Origin: Octopus bimaculoides
Taxonomy: Eukaryota
Assembly (NCBI RefSeq): GCF_001194135.2
Contig: NC_068989.1
Span: 53,233,345-53,271,564, forward strand
Direction of reading: 5' to 3'
Length of the DNA: 38,220 nucleotides
In this document: positions 37,001 to 38,220 of the stretch, piece after piece
How the letters are laid out: each line of letters starts with the position of its first letter
Numbering within the stretch: the stretch's first letter is position 1
Position numbers and translations under genes: made by a program
Notes under the pieces: model-generated
What the model was told of the DNA's origin: nothing
Database searches by the model: none
What the model saw: the letters and a program-made list of their open reading frames with translations, nothing else

Positions 37001-37269
37001 GCATCCCTTTCGTTCCAATCTATGTACCCGTTTCCACATGTGTGCCATTTTTCACGCGAATCCTCCCAGCCGTTTGGCCGTGAACCTCTTGACAAGAACG
37101 AATACAACGGTCGCCCATGTTCAATTTATCTTATATATATATACGCATATGAATGTATATGTATGTGTATGTGTGTAATTATATATAGCATATGCGCACA
37201 CACATACACACACGCATACTCACACACCAAACATTGTATGACTATTGGCCAGATTATCGGATATTATTG

Positions 37270-37533
37270 TCGACCACTTGGCGCAATGCACTTGCGCTTA
37301 TTGTTTTAGCTTCCGTATGATGTCATCCTCTCTGACTTGACGGGTAGGCTAACATTCCTCCTGAAAGGAGCGCCAGTCTTGCGCAGGGTTAGCCATTTAT
37401 AGCTGAGTGGACTGCAGCAATCTCAAATGAAGTGTTTTGCTCAAAATCACAACGCACTGTCGGTCTGCGAATCGAAACCACGATCTTGCGATCATGAATG
37501 CGACACCCTAAGCATCAAGCTATGCACTTTCAC
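37270..37533 (-). mobile_element. tRNA-derived SINE family C
   Basis: Reverse strand: TAGCTTGATGCTTAG (A-box-like), GGTTTCGATTCG (B-box-like), GTCCACTCAGCT core, CCCTGCGCAAGACTGGCG (resembles the V-SINE central domain; tentative). Confidence 0.7.
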
Positions 37534-37651
37534 GCGCGCGTGCGCGCACACACACGCACACATACACGCACGCTCACACACACGCACGTATGTATGTATA
37601 TATGTATGTATATATCTAGCTATCTATCTATCTTTCTATCTACTTATGTAT

Positions 37652-37654
<3 letters not shown>

Positions 37655-37685
<31 letters not shown>

Positions 37686-38105
37686 TGTATATGTCATTAA
37701 TCAGTTTTATTTCAAGATTTCTTGCCAATAGAGAAAGAATCGGTTTCTAACCAAGATCCAAAGCTCTTTCTTTGGAATTTCAATATCAACAAGGTATGTA
37801 TGTATGTATGTATGTGCATGTTTGTAAGTTTTGTATTATGTATGTATTCTCATGCACATACTTCCATCTCTAGACGTGCTCATATATACTTAAATGATAA
37901 ACTTCTGGAAAGTTTTACAGATTTTTACAGTTCCAGTGATGGATTGGATCTGTTGTCTTCGAATTAGCTTTCTCCTTTCTGGTTTTCAGAAGCCTAATCT
38001 CTCAAGATTGGTATTTAGACATTGTGTTACATATTCCAGTGCCTCAATAGTTACAGGTATAACTGCAGATTTCTCAAAAGTCCAGCGTAGTTATTCTGTT
38101 TTTCA
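37655..38105 (-). mobile_element. RLE LINE 3' end, copy G
   Basis: Reverse strand: NNYAGLLRNLQL...EALEYVTQCLNTNLERLGF..., UTR homologous to 20496-20806, (TATG)n tail at about 37655-37690. Confidence 0.8.
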
Positions 38106-38117
38106 CAATATACATTT

Positions 38118-38220
38118 ATGTATGTATGTATGTATGCATGCATGTATGTATGTATATATGTATGTATGTATGTGTGTATGTATGTATGTGTGTGTGTGTA
38201 TGTATGGATGGATGTATGTA
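38118..38220. repeat. (TATG)n-type microsatellite
   Basis: Directly visible. Confidence 0.9.

Overview
AT-rich eukaryotic, repeat-dominated DNA with nine assembly gaps. The SINE, RTE and microsatellite content points to a coleoid cephalopod, probably Octopus; this is an inference from repeat style only. I find no supportable host protein-coding exon or RNA gene, so the window reads as intronic or intergenic. It holds: a full-length, frameshift-free but stop-disrupted Merlin/IS1016 transposase (17992-18879); a decayed LTR-retrotransposon pol (RT-RNase H-integrase); mariner and hAT transposase relics; RTE LINE pieces; at least three tRNA-derived SINE families; and TTAA (piggyBac-type) and hAT MITEs. 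Two structures stand out. The first is a same-orientation chain of four divergent restriction-like-endonuclease (R4/Dong-type) LINE 3' ends, each associated with (CATA)n, at 30.9-33.3 kb. The second is a foldback MITE centred on a (CCCTAA)5-(TTAGGG)3 telomeric palindrome. Most ORFs in the supplied track are microsatellite, gap or antisense artefacts. Coordinates of degenerate repeats are approximate (about +/-20 bp) and percent identities are by eye.
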